A stretch of 64,000 nucleotides of DNA from Candidatus Nanosyncoccus sp. (GCA_045649325.1 JAZRPQ010000009.1:12779-76778); one strand, 5' to 3'. Positions 12,308 through 22,038 are shown, counted from the stretch's first letter. Translations and numbers: made by a program. Notes: generated by a model not told the origin, from the sequence alone.

Positions 12308-13744
12308 TTATTCTCCTTTTTTCGTATATAGATATATTATATCAGAATTTTCCTTCATCGGCGAGGTAATTATGCGGGTAAGAGAGAGGCTAGTATCTTC
12401 CGTCATCGTGTGTAGGAATGCTACTCTTTCGGTTTGGATGTTTTCGGCTTTGTCTACTACCTTAAGTTCCGTCTTGTCCTCCAAGATTTTATAAAAATCA
12501 TAATTCTGATCTACTACCAAAGTCTCGTCAGTCAAGGTTTGGCGGACAATTTCTAGACTATAATCAAATTGGCTAGCTACTTTAGAATTATAATGGTAAC
12601 CATAAACATACTGGAGCAGTCCAGGTATAATTATAATGCCAAACAGAATTGTCAGTGGCACCAGCGCCGTAATTCTGGCGTAAGGGTTCTCCGGAAAGAG
12701 ACCGTACCATTTTTCTAGCAGGTATTTTAGTCCGTGCGCAGTCAAAATCGAGAGTGGCAAAATGATAAATACTACCGCTTGTGGGTTGATACCGGTGATA
12801 ATTATAGTAAACAAAATCAGAAGTGAAGCAATCGAATTCCTTGAGGCAAAGAAACCTTTTGTGGTAGAGAATAATCCAACTAGTGCTAGCGCTAGGACCG
12901 GAAGCCCGATCAGCGGTGCTAGGAAAATTGTTTCGCCACCACCAAACCATCTAAACACCGGCTCCATCCCAGCCACGATGTTTGAGCCAAAGTTGGCCAA
13001 ACTGAAATCTTTATAGAGTAGTAGCTCCTCGATGATTTTTGGTTGGTTAATCGCATTGACAACCAAAGCTCCTACCCCAGCCAAAATAATCGCACCAGTT
13101 ATACATAGCGGCAACTTCGGTAAGCTCCTCAGTACAAATCTGAGGTGTGGCTGCAAAAATACGAAGATTACGCAGAAAATCGCAAAATATAGCATATACG
13201 GTGTAAATATCGCCATAGAAAGAGCAATCGCAAACAGGAATGAATACATTGGTTTTGGACGTTTCTCGCCCTGAATTTTAGATCCCAACCACAAAAGCAG
13301 AGTCGGCCAAAACGCCAACATGATGAGAGGCGTGCCACTGCCAGCCAAAAACAAAAACGGTGTAGATAAAACTACAAGACAAGAAGCAAGGAGCGACACG
13401 TTGTTTTTGAACCACCTATTTAGTAGTAAAATCAGTAGAATTCCAAATAGTAGCCCAATAATTATACTTGGCAACTTAATCGTGTAAGCCGTAAAACCAA
13501 AAACCAAGATAGAAATTTTTTGGAGTAAACGGTATGGCAAATCTACCAAATCGCCATGAAGTGGTGCGTCAAACGTCAAATGATAAGACGAAGTCGCCGA
13601 CTCCATCTCGGCGCTAGACAAACCATCCTGCGCAATTAATGGCAAAGTAAAGAGCAAAGCCACAAAAGCTAGTACTAGCACAATATAGCCGATTACAAAT
13701 CTGCGACGGTACAGAAAAAGTTTAGAAATAGTTATTTTCTTCAC
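12308..13744 (-). CDS. GT-C fold membrane glycosyltransferase (GT39/ArnT-PMT-like), tentative
   Basis: 478 aa with about 11 TM helices followed by a soluble C-terminal domain. Overall architecture resembles GT39/GT83 enzymes. GTG start. Confidence 0.45.
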   Translation of the reverse strand: MKKITISKLFLYRRRFVIGYIVLVLAFVALLFTLPLIAQDGLSSAEMESATSSYHLTFDAPLHGDLVDLPYRLLQKISILVFGFTAYTIKLPSIIIGLLFGILLILLLNRWFKNNVSLLASCLVVLSTPFLFLAGSGTPLIMLAFWPTLLLWLGSKIQGEKRPKPMYSFLFAIALSMAIFTPYMLYFAIFCVIFVFLQPHLRFVLRSLPKLPLCITGAIILAGVGALVVNAINQPKIIEELLLYKDFSLANFGSNIVAGMEPVFRWFGGGETIFLAPLIGLPVLALALVGLFSTTKGFFASRNSIASLLILFTIIITGINPQAVVFIILPLSILTAHGLKYLLEKWYGLFPENPYARITALVPLTILFGIIIIPGLLQYVYGYHYNSKVASQFDYSLEIVRQTLTDETLVVDQNYDFYKILEDKTELKVVDKAENIQTERVAFLHTMTEDTSLSLTRIITSPMKENSDIIYLYTKKGE

Positions 13745-13788
13745 TTTATAATTATAACATAAAAATTAAAAGAATAGAATAAATACAT

Positions 13789-13829
13789 GACGGGTGACGC
13801 CGCTTGGGGGTGCGGCGGCAGGACCCGTC
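13789..13829 (-). terminator. GC-rich hairpin downstream of dnaB
   Basis: GACGGGT...ACCCGTC outer stem with CGCCGC/GCGGCG inner stem, followed on the minus strand by a T-rich tract. Confidence 0.45.
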
Positions 13830-13834
13830 AAGCA

Positions 13835-15208
13835 CTATTCGTCTTCTTCTGTTCTAGTTTTATCAAGTGACATGAAACGAAGCAGCTCTGGGTGGAAGTA
13901 AAGCTGAATCTTTCCTACCGAACCATGACGATGTTTCGCGATAATTAGCTCGGTGATGTGTGTTTCTTCGTAGTTGTCGTCATTTTGCTTGTAATAATCC
14001 GGGCGGTGAAGGAACATCACAAGGTCGGCATCTTGCTCGATAGAACCAGACTCACGTAAATCCGACAAAACCGGTCGTGGATTGTCTCGTCCGGTTACGT
14101 TACGAGAAAGCTGCGCCAAAGCAATGACTGGTATCGAAAGTTCCCTCGCGAGAATCTTTAACCCACGCGAAATTTCCGTCACCTCTTGCACACGGTTACC
14201 CGCATAACGGTCGGAACCTTGGATCAGCTGCAAATAGTCTACAATCACAATTCCGATATCATGATCGTGCATTGCTCGCCTGGCTTTATTTCTTAGCTCC
14301 ATAATTGTCATTGAGCTGGTATCGTCAATATAGATAGGAAGTTCCGACAGCTCCGCCATCGCATCACCGATCTTGGTATATTCTTCGTCAGACACATTGC
14401 CGGTCCGGATTTTCCAGTTGTCTACTCCCGAAACATCAGAAAGCATCCGTTCGATAATCTCATTAGCCGCCATCTCCATCGAAAAAAACAATACACCTTT
14501 TTTGTTGATACTAGCAATATTGTAAGTCATATTTTGCGCAAAAGTCGTTTTACCCATGGCCGGGCGTGCGCCGATAATCACCAAATCTCCTTTTTGGAGA
14601 CCTGCTGTCATTTTGTCGATGTCGCGAAAACCGGTCTTGAGCCCCCGGAGCGCTCCTTTGTTATTCCTAAGTTCTTCCATACGGTCAAAAGTAGCGGTGA
14701 GAAGATCGCTCATCGACCGATATTCACTTTTTACGATTTTGTCAGAAACTTCAAATAATTCTTGTTCGGCTTTGCCTACCAAATCGTCAATTATCGCGCC
14801 ATCTTCGTAGGCCCTAGCTGCGATTTCGGTACCTGCTTTGATTAACTTCCTTTGGATTGCGGTTTTTCGGACAATGTCAGCATAAGCCTTGGCGTGAGAC
14901 GCTACCGGTACAAAATTAGACAGCTCCGTGAGATATGGCGCTCCACCTACTAGCTTTAACTTTTTGAGAGATTTGAGCTCTGCGGTCAAAGTCAAAAGGT
15001 CAACCGGCCGATGACTATCATAAAGGTTTGTCATTGCCTCAAAAATCGCTTGATGTCTCTCCTCATAAAAATCCGAGGCCTTAATTACCGTCATCACCTC
15101 AGGCAAGGCGTTTTCGTTCAACATGATCGCACCGAGCAGTGATTTCTCGGCTACAATATCTTGCGGCGGCGTCCGGCCGTCCGTCTTAGAATGGGCTACC
15201 TCCTCCAT
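13835..15208 (-). CDS. dnaB: Replicative DNA helicase
   Basis: PPQDIVAEKSLLGA N-terminal domain, Walker A GARPAMGKT, IVIVDYLQL Walker B, ALAQLSR, DADLVMFLHR. Confidence 0.95.
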   Translation of the reverse strand: MEEVAHSKTDGRTPPQDIVAEKSLLGAIMLNENALPEVMTVIKASDFYEERHQAIFEAMTNLYDSHRPVDLLTLTAELKSLKKLKLVGGAPYLTELSNFVPVASHAKAYADIVRKTAIQRKLIKAGTEIAARAYEDGAIIDDLVGKAEQELFEVSDKIVKSEYRSMSDLLTATFDRMEELRNNKGALRGLKTGFRDIDKMTAGLQKGDLVIIGARPAMGKTTFAQNMTYNIASINKKGVLFFSMEMAANEIIERMLSDVSGVDNWKIRTGNVSDEEYTKIGDAMAELSELPIYIDDTSSMTIMELRNKARRAMHDHDIGIVIVDYLQLIQGSDRYAGNRVQEVTEISRGLKILARELSIPVIALAQLSRNVTGRDNPRPVLSDLRESGSIEQDADLVMFLHRPDYYKQNDDNYEETHITELIIAKHRHGSVGKIQLYFHPELLRFMSLDKTRTEEDE

Positions 15209-16289
15209 AATTCTGTACCTCTCCTCCCATTATATCAGATATTCTAGATTTTAAGTCGGCTTTTTTGGCTGAAATTTCTGGCTTTTTTGCCGGCGCTGTG
15301 GGCGCTACCGGTGCTGCCGCCCTAACTGGCTCGGCCGGTTTTTTAAAAGGCGCTTGCGATTGTCCCACGCTAGAAACGAGTATATAAAGTAGTTTTGCTT
15401 CGGCAAAAGGGGCTTTTACATCTGGCAAAGATTTTAGTAATTCTAAAACCTGCGGTCTAGGATTTTCGATAATTTTAGAAATCATTTCTTCGGCGATAAT
15501 CTCTGGTTTTACTCCTCTAGAATACAAATCTTTAAGTAACGTCGTAATCTTGACAGCGTCAGCATCGGCATAAGAATCAATCATCTCGTCAATAATTCTA
15601 TCCTCAGGTAGACCAAAAGCTTCTTCGATCATCTTTGTTGTGATCAAATCCGCGCTAAGATGCGAAATTTGGTCCAGCAGCGACAAAGAGTCTCTAAAAG
15701 ACCCGCCGCCTCTTTTTACTGCAATCTTCAGTGCCTCAGGTTCGATTTTGATTCCCTCTTTTTCGCAAATATTCAGAAGATGCTCTAAAACTACTTTAGG
15801 TTCCACTAACTTAAAATTATAAGTTTCTGCCCGCGAAGTAATCGTAATCGGCACTTTGTGAAAATCGGTCGTCGCCATAATAAAAATCACATGCTCTGGT
15901 GGCTCCTCCAAAGTTTTGAGGAGAGCGTTAAATGCCTCTCTTGTCAGCATGTGTACTTCGTCAATAATATATACTTTGTATTTGCCTACAGTAGGTTTGA
16001 TTGCGACTTTTTCGCGGATTTCGCGGATGTTCTCAATCCCGCGATTAGAAGCGCCATCGATCTCAATAATATCTACATAATCATCTTCTAGCTCATAAGA
16101 AAATCCGTTGATTTCGTGAGCAAAAATCCTTGCCACCGAGGTCTTTCCTGTTCCTCTCGGCCCCGTAAAAAGATAGGCGTGCCCTACCTTCCCTTCTTTC
16201 AGTGCATTAGAAAGCGGCTGGGTTACCTGCTCCTGCCCGATTACCTCCGCCAAACTGAGCGGCCGATATTTCCGATATAATGTCTTCAT
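15186..16289 (-). CDS. dnaX: DNA polymerase III subunit gamma/tau (short form)
   Basis: MKTLYRKYRP...GQEQV, Walker A GPRGTGKTS, IIDEVHML, LKTLEEPP, SFRD sensor. I place the start at ATG 16289 (TAATG overlap with the upstream stop) rather than the listed 16316. Confidence 0.9.
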   Translation of the reverse strand: MKTLYRKYRPLSLAEVIGQEQVTQPLSNALKEGKVGHAYLFTGPRGTGKTSVARIFAHEINGFSYELEDDYVDIIEIDGASNRGIENIREIREKVAIKPTVGKYKVYIIDEVHMLTREAFNALLKTLEEPPEHVIFIMATTDFHKVPITITSRAETYNFKLVEPKVVLEHLLNICEKEGIKIEPEALKIAVKRGGGSFRDSLSLLDQISHLSADLITTKMIEEAFGLPEDRIIDEMIDSYADADAVKITTLLKDLYSRGVKPEIIAEEMISKIIENPRPQVLELLKSLPDVKAPFAEAKLLYILVSSVGQSQAPFKKPAEPVRAAAPVAPTAPAKKPEISAKKADLKSRISDIMGGEVQNYGGGSPF

Positions 16290-16810
16290 TAGAGGGCAGC
16301 CTCTACGGCAGCCCAAGCAGCGTCATCGTTCTTCGCCGGAATTACTACTGATACCTGTGAACCATTCCTGAGATGAAAATAAGTCACCGAAGCATACAAA
16401 ATCTGGTATTCTCTACCAGCGACTTCTACGTAGTATTTGTCGTCATGCTGAATCAAAGTACCAATCACGGTCTTGCGCTCTACTGGGCCAATCTGCTTAT
16501 AAAGGAATTTACCATCTTCAGTGATCGTTAGTTTCAAAATATCACCCTCGACCAACTTCGACTTTGAAGCATAGTTGGCTGGTACTGGATAGTTCTTGCC
16601 ATCCGGGCCAATCATGATTTGTCCGTCAAAAATCCCTTCAATTACTTTGCCATCCGGAGTCGATACGATCGAATCTCTCGGTGCGTTAATCGTTTCGCCA
16701 TCGCCAATAATAGAAATCAAAAGTTCCTTTGCAGCTGACAAATTGGTCTCTGCCTCAGAAAGAAGGCTTCGTAGTCTCTTTATTTGTTTTTCTGATATTT
16801 CAGACATCAC
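16289..16810 (-). CDS. Hypothetical protein
   Basis: 173-aa ORF with an N-terminal coiled-coil-like segment. Its stop overlaps the dnaX start codon. No family recognised. Confidence 0.55.
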   Translation of the reverse strand: MMSEISEKQIKRLRSLLSEAETNLSAAKELLISIIGDGETINAPRDSIVSTPDGKVIEGIFDGQIMIGPDGKNYPVPANYASKSKLVEGDILKLTITEDGKFLYKQIGPVERKTVIGTLIQHDDKYYVEVAGREYQILYASVTYFHLRNGSQVSVVIPAKNDDAAWAAVEAAL

Positions 16811-16951
16811 CTCGCATCCTGTCTATACAATATTTAATACCATCATATACCATCGTACATAATATGTCAAGATAAAACCCAGGCGAATTTCCTGAAACTT
16901 TTCCACCATCATAACAGGCTATCCTTAAAAAGTGTTGTAAAAATTACATAT

Positions 16952-18001
16952 TTACTTTTTCCATAATCCCGTATGTCTAGCTCCATCGTAAACCATGGTT
17001 GGAATGCCTTTGATTTTTAGCTGCTCTTCTATGATTTTCCGGTTCTCTGACATTTTGGTGTCTGTCTCTGGATAATTTGCAATCTTGCGAATCTCTGCTA
17101 CGCCTTCTTCGTTGACGCCATATTCTAGTAGCCAAGACTCTATCTTTGCTACTCCTTCATCCCTAGAATATTCATTATTAAACATATCTTGATAATATAT
17201 ACCGTCGTGATTCTTGGTCGTAAAAATCCTATCCAAAATTTTCACGGCAAGACCTGAGCGTACCTGCTCTGCCGCCAGCATATACTTCACGATAATCTCA
17301 GAGTTAGCAAATTTGTAATTATTGTCGGCATCTTGGATTGCAAACGGCACGATATGCACGTCATAATCATCAAAGAACCCAGCTTCCTTTTGGTTGCGAT
17401 ACGATATCATACATACAGAGCAACCCGGATCCAAAATATCCAACGCAATCGGTTTATCTGCTCCTATTCCAGGATTTGCCGAAATGTAATTAAAGTCATA
17501 GCTAGCGGCGTCGTAGGTCTTAAATTTGTCCGGGATAGCTTCAAATATTTCGCCCCATTCTGTAAACCAGCGGCCAAAGGCCTCAATCGGATTTTTGGGC
17601 TCGCTCTCATCGATCGAACAGACTTCTGCTCCTAGTGTGCAGGCGGAAGGTTTTGTCACGTTGCAGCTTCCGAGTGCCCAGAGCGCTAGCAGCGACTTGA
17701 TCGCGGTAAGTAACGCCCATACTGCTACCACCACTATTATAATCGAAGCTACTTCGATCAAAGCAGAAAGCGGCTTCACCCACTTTGGATGTTTGATAAT
17801 CACGCGAGAAAGCAGAGTGTTTTTGACGTCATCCTTAAAACCGGTTTCGCATTTCTGTAGCCGCACCTTTTTCCATAGGCAACCCCAAGCTTTTTTCATA
17901 GCTTTGAGATAGGCTTTGCCGATTTTCGGTTTAAAAATCGAAACTGCCGCAACAAACACCCCAATGATTGCGAGAATAATAAACGCCGCTATACACACCA
18001 T
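16952..18001 (-). CDS. Membrane-anchored DsbA/thioredoxin-like thiol:disulfide oxidoreductase
   Basis: Two N-terminal TM helices with extra Cys clusters, then a thioredoxin-fold domain with DPGCSVCM (CxxC) and C-terminal IKGIPTMVYDG (cis-Pro loop region). Confidence 0.6.
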   Translation of the reverse strand: MVCIAAFIILAIIGVFVAAVSIFKPKIGKAYLKAMKKAWGCLWKKVRLQKCETGFKDDVKNTLLSRVIIKHPKWVKPLSALIEVASIIIVVVAVWALLTAIKSLLALWALGSCNVTKPSACTLGAEVCSIDESEPKNPIEAFGRWFTEWGEIFEAIPDKFKTYDAASYDFNYISANPGIGADKPIALDILDPGCSVCMISYRNQKEAGFFDDYDVHIVPFAIQDADNNYKFANSEIIVKYMLAAEQVRSGLAVKILDRIFTTKNHDGIYYQDMFNNEYSRDEGVAKIESWLLEYGVNEEGVAEIRKIANYPETDTKMSENRKIIEEQLKIKGIPTMVYDGARHTGLWKK

Positions 18002-18022
18002 AATAAACTTATTTTAGCATTA

Positions 18023-19183
18023 TTATACGATTTTTGCCATTACTTTTTTGACTTTTTCGATGTCCTCTGGGCGGTTGTGCAGTCCCAAAGAAAATCGCAC
18101 TAGTGGTGGCAAACCTAGTACATGATCTAGGTAGTAATGTACGCAAAAATATCCAGTTCTCGCCATGACGTTCTCTCGTGACAAAGCTCCGCCGAGAAGA
18201 TGCGAATCAAGCCCTTCCACATAAAATGACATCGTCGGGTTGGGTTCACGGTTGATCAAATGTACCTTAGAAGAACCATTTAAAAATTCAAACAATTCTG
18301 TGTAGTTATTCTCTAGATTTTGCCAAGCTTTTTTAGGCAAATGTTCTAGCCAGTCAATCGCCGCGTTTAACCCAATAATCTCTCCCCACGCCTGCAAGCC
18401 GGATTCAAATCTAGTATAACGGTGTTCTTTGCCTTCGGCCGAAAGTTTGAAAGTAGACTTCTCGACATCATCTACCATTCCGCCACCCAGCCACAGGGGC
18501 CTAAGTACCGAGTCTAGCTCATCACGCCAAACGATCACCCCGAGTGACGGCGCATACATTTTGTGAGCAGAGAAACAGAGTGCATCAAATTCTGCACCCT
18601 TCAAAATATCCGACGAATGCGCCATCGCTTGTGCTCCGTCGACAATCAAAATCCCCCCAGCCTTGTGTACGGCCTTCAGCAGCTCTTTGATATTTAGAAG
18701 TTTTCTTCCGTCAATATTGGAAGCAGAGTTCACTACTACGATCGCCTTATCAAAATCATATTTAGATACGTCAATCGTCCCGTCCTCGTTCCGCTCTATT
18801 ACTTCACGCGGGAGCCCAGTCCTTTCCGAAAAAGCCATAGTAGCAAGAAACGGTGAATTATGCTCAATCTCGCTTGTCATCACTTTTTTGAAATGCTTTG
18901 GTTCAATTTGACTTAAAATCAAATTGATTCCATAGGTCGTATTAAGCGTAAAAGAAGTCGTGTACTTGCGTGAAGAAAGTTTCAAAAATTTCAAAACTTT
19001 TTCCCTGGTCTCTTCTACTAGCTCATCGGTTTCTATGCCCCACTTATATTTTACCCGCTCGCCGCAAGAATTATGTTTGGTGTAATATTTATTTAATGCT
19101 TCTATCACTGGACGCGGCCGGAGACTCTGGCATGCCGCATCAAGATATACCTCACCCTCACCTAAATAATCAAAATCTTCCAT
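18023..19183 (-). CDS. Class V aminotransferase / cysteine desulfurase (SufS/CsdA-like)
   Basis: YLDAACQS, EHNS, VDGAQAM, PLP-lysine context FSAHKMYAPSLG. Start moved to ATG 19183 (MEDFDYLGEG), which lies 7 nt after a TATAAT box. Confidence 0.78.
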   Translation of the reverse strand: MEDFDYLGEGEVYLDAACQSLRPRPVIEALNKYYTKHNSCGERVKYKWGIETDELVEETREKVLKFLKLSSRKYTTSFTLNTTYGINLILSQIEPKHFKKVMTSEIEHNSPFLATMAFSERTGLPREVIERNEDGTIDVSKYDFDKAIVVVNSASNIDGRKLLNIKELLKAVHKAGGILIVDGAQAMAHSSDILKGAEFDALCFSAHKMYAPSLGVIVWRDELDSVLRPLWLGGGMVDDVEKSTFKLSAEGKEHRYTRFESGLQAWGEIIGLNAAIDWLEHLPKKAWQNLENNYTELFEFLNGSSKVHLINREPNPTMSFYVEGLDSHLLGGALSRENVMARTGYFCVHYYLDHVLGLPPLVRFSLGLHNRPEDIEKVKKVMAKIV

Positions 19184-19201
19184 AACTCTTATTATAACAC
19201 G

Positions 19202-19228
19202 AAAAATCACCCACTTTGGGGTGATTTT
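19202..19228 (-). terminator. Intrinsic terminator after rplL
   Basis: AAAATCACCC / GGGGTGATTTT hairpin with flanking A and T runs, lying between the rplL stop and the next promoter. Confidence 0.6.
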
Positions 19229-19254
19229 CCACTAACTAGCTAGTATTATAAAAG

Positions 19255-19635
19255 TTATGCTAATTCGACAGTTGCACCAGCTTCTTCGAGAGCTTTCTTC
19301 ATCGCCTCAGCTTCATCTTTTGCAACCTTTTCTTTGACGGTTGCAGGAGCGCCGTCTACGATTGCCTTAGCCTCACCGAGACCAAGACCAGTAGCTTCCT
19401 TGACAGCCTTGATGACTGCAATCTTCTGAGCACCAGCGTCTTTGAGGACAACATCGTATTCAGACTTGCCTTCATCAGCAGCGGCTGCGTCACCGGCAGC
19501 AGGAGCAGCGACTGCTACAGCAGCAGCGGCTGGCTCGATGCCATATTCATCTTTCAAAGTGTTTTTAAGTTCGTTTACTTCAAGAACGGTAAGATTTACC
19601 AATTCTTCAGCTAATTTTTTAATATCTGTAGCCAT
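19255..19635 (-). CDS. rplL: 50S ribosomal protein L7/L12
   Basis: Ala-rich hinge ([13 protein letters not shown]) and C-terminal [27 protein letters not shown]. Confidence 0.95.
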   Translation of the reverse strand: MATDIKKLAEELVNLTVLEVNELKNTLKDEYGIEPAAAAVAVAAPAAGDAAAADEGKSEYDVVLKDAGAQKIAVIKAVKEATGLGLGEAKAIVDGAPATVKEKVAKDEAEAMKKALEEAGATVELA

Positions 19636-19671
19636 GATAATCCTTTCTAATAATATATATTGTATGAGTTG

Positions 19672-20193
19672 CTAATTTGCGTGTGCTTCGAGACCCGAAA
19701 CAATGCCAGATAGTCCGCCAGCAAGTGCAGACACAGAGTCTGTAGCTGGAGACAAAAGTTGAGCAACCACCTGTGCGATGAGCTCGTTTTTGCTTGACAT
19801 TGCTGCAAGGGCTTTGACATCGTCGGTCGAAAGTGAAACGCCAAGGTCATTGAAGCCACCAACGAGAGAAAGCGCATCGTGCTTTTTGGCAAACTCAGCC
19901 AAAACTTTGGCTGGCATTACCTCGTCGTCAGCAGATACCGCGTACAGAAGCTGACCAGTCAGGCCAGTCGTATCGGTGTCTTTGTAAACGGCGATTTGCC
20001 CCATCGCAACTTTCACCAAGCGGTTTTTAACTACCTTGATCTTCACTCCGGCTTCCCGGGCAGCTTTTCGAAGTTCTTGAATCTCTGCCACGGTCAGACC
20101 TTGATATTTAGCATAGACCGTAGTCTTAGCGTTTGATAGAAGCTCAGTCAAATCAGCAACCAGTGTATTCTTTTTTTCTTTGCTAATTGCCAT
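19672..20193 (-). CDS. rplJ: 50S ribosomal protein L10
   Basis: Typical L10 N-terminus (KEKKNTLVADL...YQGLTVAEIQELRK) and position directly upstream of rplL. Confidence 0.9.
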   Translation of the reverse strand: MAISKEKKNTLVADLTELLSNAKTTVYAKYQGLTVAEIQELRKAAREAGVKIKVVKNRLVKVAMGQIAVYKDTDTTGLTGQLLYAVSADDEVMPAKVLAEFAKKHDALSLVGGFNDLGVSLSTDDVKALAAMSSKNELIAQVVAQLLSPATDSVSALAGGLSGIVSGLEAHAN

Positions 20194-20347
20194 AAGAATT
20201 CCTTTGGTTAAAAATTTGTATTGAAATACTAACTAGTTGTTAAACTCCGTCACCAAAACTATTATAAGAATAATTCCTCGGTGGCATGATTAAGTGTATA
20301 TATAATATATAGCACCGCCACTGTCTTTGGCAACTACTCCTATTATA
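20194..20347 (-). promoter_or_regulatory. rplJL promoter (TGTGATATAAT) plus ~140-nt 5' leader, candidate L10-type autoregulatory leader
   Basis: Minus-strand TATAAT is the reverse complement of 20342-20347, with upstream TGTGA. A long untranslated stretch precedes the rplJ ATG. The structure itself was not verified. Confidence 0.4.
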
Positions 20348-20354
20348 TCACACT

Positions 20355-20951
20355 TTAGAAGTCGTGTCTAGTGGTAAAGAATTGGACACCCGCACCAAGC
20401 AAAGAAAACCCACCAATCATCGGCCAAAAGAGCATTTCCTTGTCCAGATTCGGTGCCAGGGCCAAAATCGCCAAAGTCAGCGCATATCCACCAGCTACCG
20501 AAGTAGCGATAATCGTGGCTGGTTTCATCATCATCACGGCGAGTCCTCCGGCTAGCACCCCAATCACTCCACCGATCGCCATGGTTTGGATTTCTGTCCC
20601 AAAATATTGCGCTGTCATCATTACGACTAGACCAAAACAGATCCCACCGAGACAAACTTTTTCAACCATAAATCCCATCAGAGCGAGTAGTAATCCACCA
20701 CCAATTGGTAGTAACGACTGCCAAAGATCGCTATTTGCAATTTCTGCTACCGCCCCATTGATGATCGGCATCAGATATCCAGTTGCGATATAACCGAGCA
20801 AAAACCACACGACAAAAAAGGCGATTTTTTTAATTTTGTAACCAAAAAACATGAGTAGAAGGCCCGCCCCGCCTACTACCCACATTTGCCACTCTTCGTA
20901 ATGAGTTAAATCAAGATCAATCTTTTTTACTTCTTCAATGATATTATCCAT
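20355..20951 (-). CDS. Integral membrane protein (TMEM198/DUF4203-like, tentative)
   Basis: 198 aa, about 6 Gly-rich TM helices. Sits 15 nt downstream of rplA. Confidence 0.5.
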   Translation of the reverse strand: MDNIIEEVKKIDLDLTHYEEWQMWVVGGAGLLLMFFGYKIKKIAFFVVWFLLGYIATGYLMPIINGAVAEIANSDLWQSLLPIGGGLLLALMGFMVEKVCLGGICFGLVVMMTAQYFGTEIQTMAIGGVIGVLAGGLAVMMMKPATIIATSVAGGYALTLAILALAPNLDKEMLFWPMIGGFSLLGAGVQFFTTRHDF

Positions 20952-20966
20952 AAGGATAATATATCA

Positions 20967-21896
20967 TTAATTGTAAAGATTTTCAATCTGGATGGAAGGG
21001 CCCATCGAAGTGGTGATATAAACCGACTTTACGTAAGTGCCTTTAAGTGATGCTGGTTTCTGAGCCTTGAGAGAATTAAAGAAAGCTTCTGCATTCTCGA
21101 ACAGTTTATCTGCCCCAAAGGAAACTTTGCCTAGCCCAATATGTACGATCGATTGCTTATCTACGCGGTATTCTACCTTACCAGCTTTGGCTTCTTTGAC
21201 GGCTTTTTCTACGTCCATCGTTACTGTGCCAGCCTTTGGATTTGGCATCAAACCTTTAGGGCCAAGCAATCTTGCGTATTTACCAAGCTTCGGCATATAT
21301 TGTGGCGTAGAAATCAAAACGTCAAAATCAATCGTGCCTTTTTCGAGTTGTTTCAAAAACTCTTCATCTTCAGCGATATCAGCGCCGGCTGCTTTGGCCT
21401 GCTTGGCTACGTCAAGTGGAGCAAACACTGCTACACGCACGGTCTTGCCATTACCGTTAGGTAGTACCAAGGTAGTGCGGATGTTTTGATCAGCTTGTCT
21501 AGGGTCTACACCTAGTCTCACGTGCGCTTCTACCGAAGCGTCAAATTTGACAGGGCTAGTCTTGGTAGCGAGTTCCATTGCTTCTTTCAGCGTATAAACT
21601 TTGTCCTTTTCGACCAATTTAGCGGCTTCTTGGTATTTTTTGCCTCTACGTTCAATCAAAGGGCGAGTCACTGGCTTCGCGCCTTTTGGTTTAGCAGCTT
21701 CCGCCGCATCCATCTCTGCGCGTTCTTTCTTGCGCTCCTGGCGTTCTTCTTCGGCTTTGACTTCCTCGATGTGTTTCTTGGATTTCTTGCCAGATTTGGC
21801 AAACTTTTCCTCACCCGCCTCAGCGGTAGTTTCTACGACTTCTGGAGTCTCTACTACTTCCGGAGTCTCATTAAGTTTTTCGGCATCCCCTGCCAT
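20967..21896 (-). CDS. rplA: 50S ribosomal protein L1 with ~80-aa charged N-terminal extension
   Basis: L1 core from RGKKYQEAAKLV...VEAHVRLGVDPR...GKTVRVAVF...LLGPKGLMPNPKAGTV. N-terminal extension contains TPEVVETPEVVET and a K/E-rich tract. Confidence 0.92.
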   Translation of the reverse strand: MAGDAEKLNETPEVVETPEVVETTAEAGEEKFAKSGKKSKKHIEEVKAEEERQERKKERAEMDAAEAAKPKGAKPVTRPLIERRGKKYQEAAKLVEKDKVYTLKEAMELATKTSPVKFDASVEAHVRLGVDPRQADQNIRTTLVLPNGNGKTVRVAVFAPLDVAKQAKAAGADIAEDEEFLKQLEKGTIDFDVLISTPQYMPKLGKYARLLGPKGLMPNPKAGTVTMDVEKAVKEAKAGKVEYRVDKQSIVHIGLGKVSFGADKLFENAEAFFNSLKAQKPASLKGTYVKSVYITTSMGPSIQIENLYN

Positions 21897-21988
21897 AAAT
21901 TATCCTTTCTGTGGTACTAGCGGATAAATCCTCCCACATCTTAATTTTATTAAATATATTATATCACAAATTTCCCAAAAATAAAAGA

Positions 21989-22013
21989 GGGAGCGATTTT
22001 TATTATCGCTCCC
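21989..22013 (-). terminator. Intrinsic terminator after the 22039..22467 gene
   Basis: GGGAGCGA / TCGCTCCC stem, followed on the minus strand by TCTTTTATTTTT. Confidence 0.65.
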
Positions 22014-22038
22014 ATTAGGTAGAGAATTTTAGATGTTT

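Noticed and set aside
21067-21927. Several 100-140-aa plus-strand ORFs antisense to rplA, and similar antisense ORFs inside the membrane-protein gene (20364..20793), the beta-helix gene (34292..34711), DUF4956 (35743..36219) and others.
   Set aside because: Each overlaps a gene with clear family motifs on the other strand. Their translations are low-complexity (S/A/F/L-rich) and typical of antisense frames.
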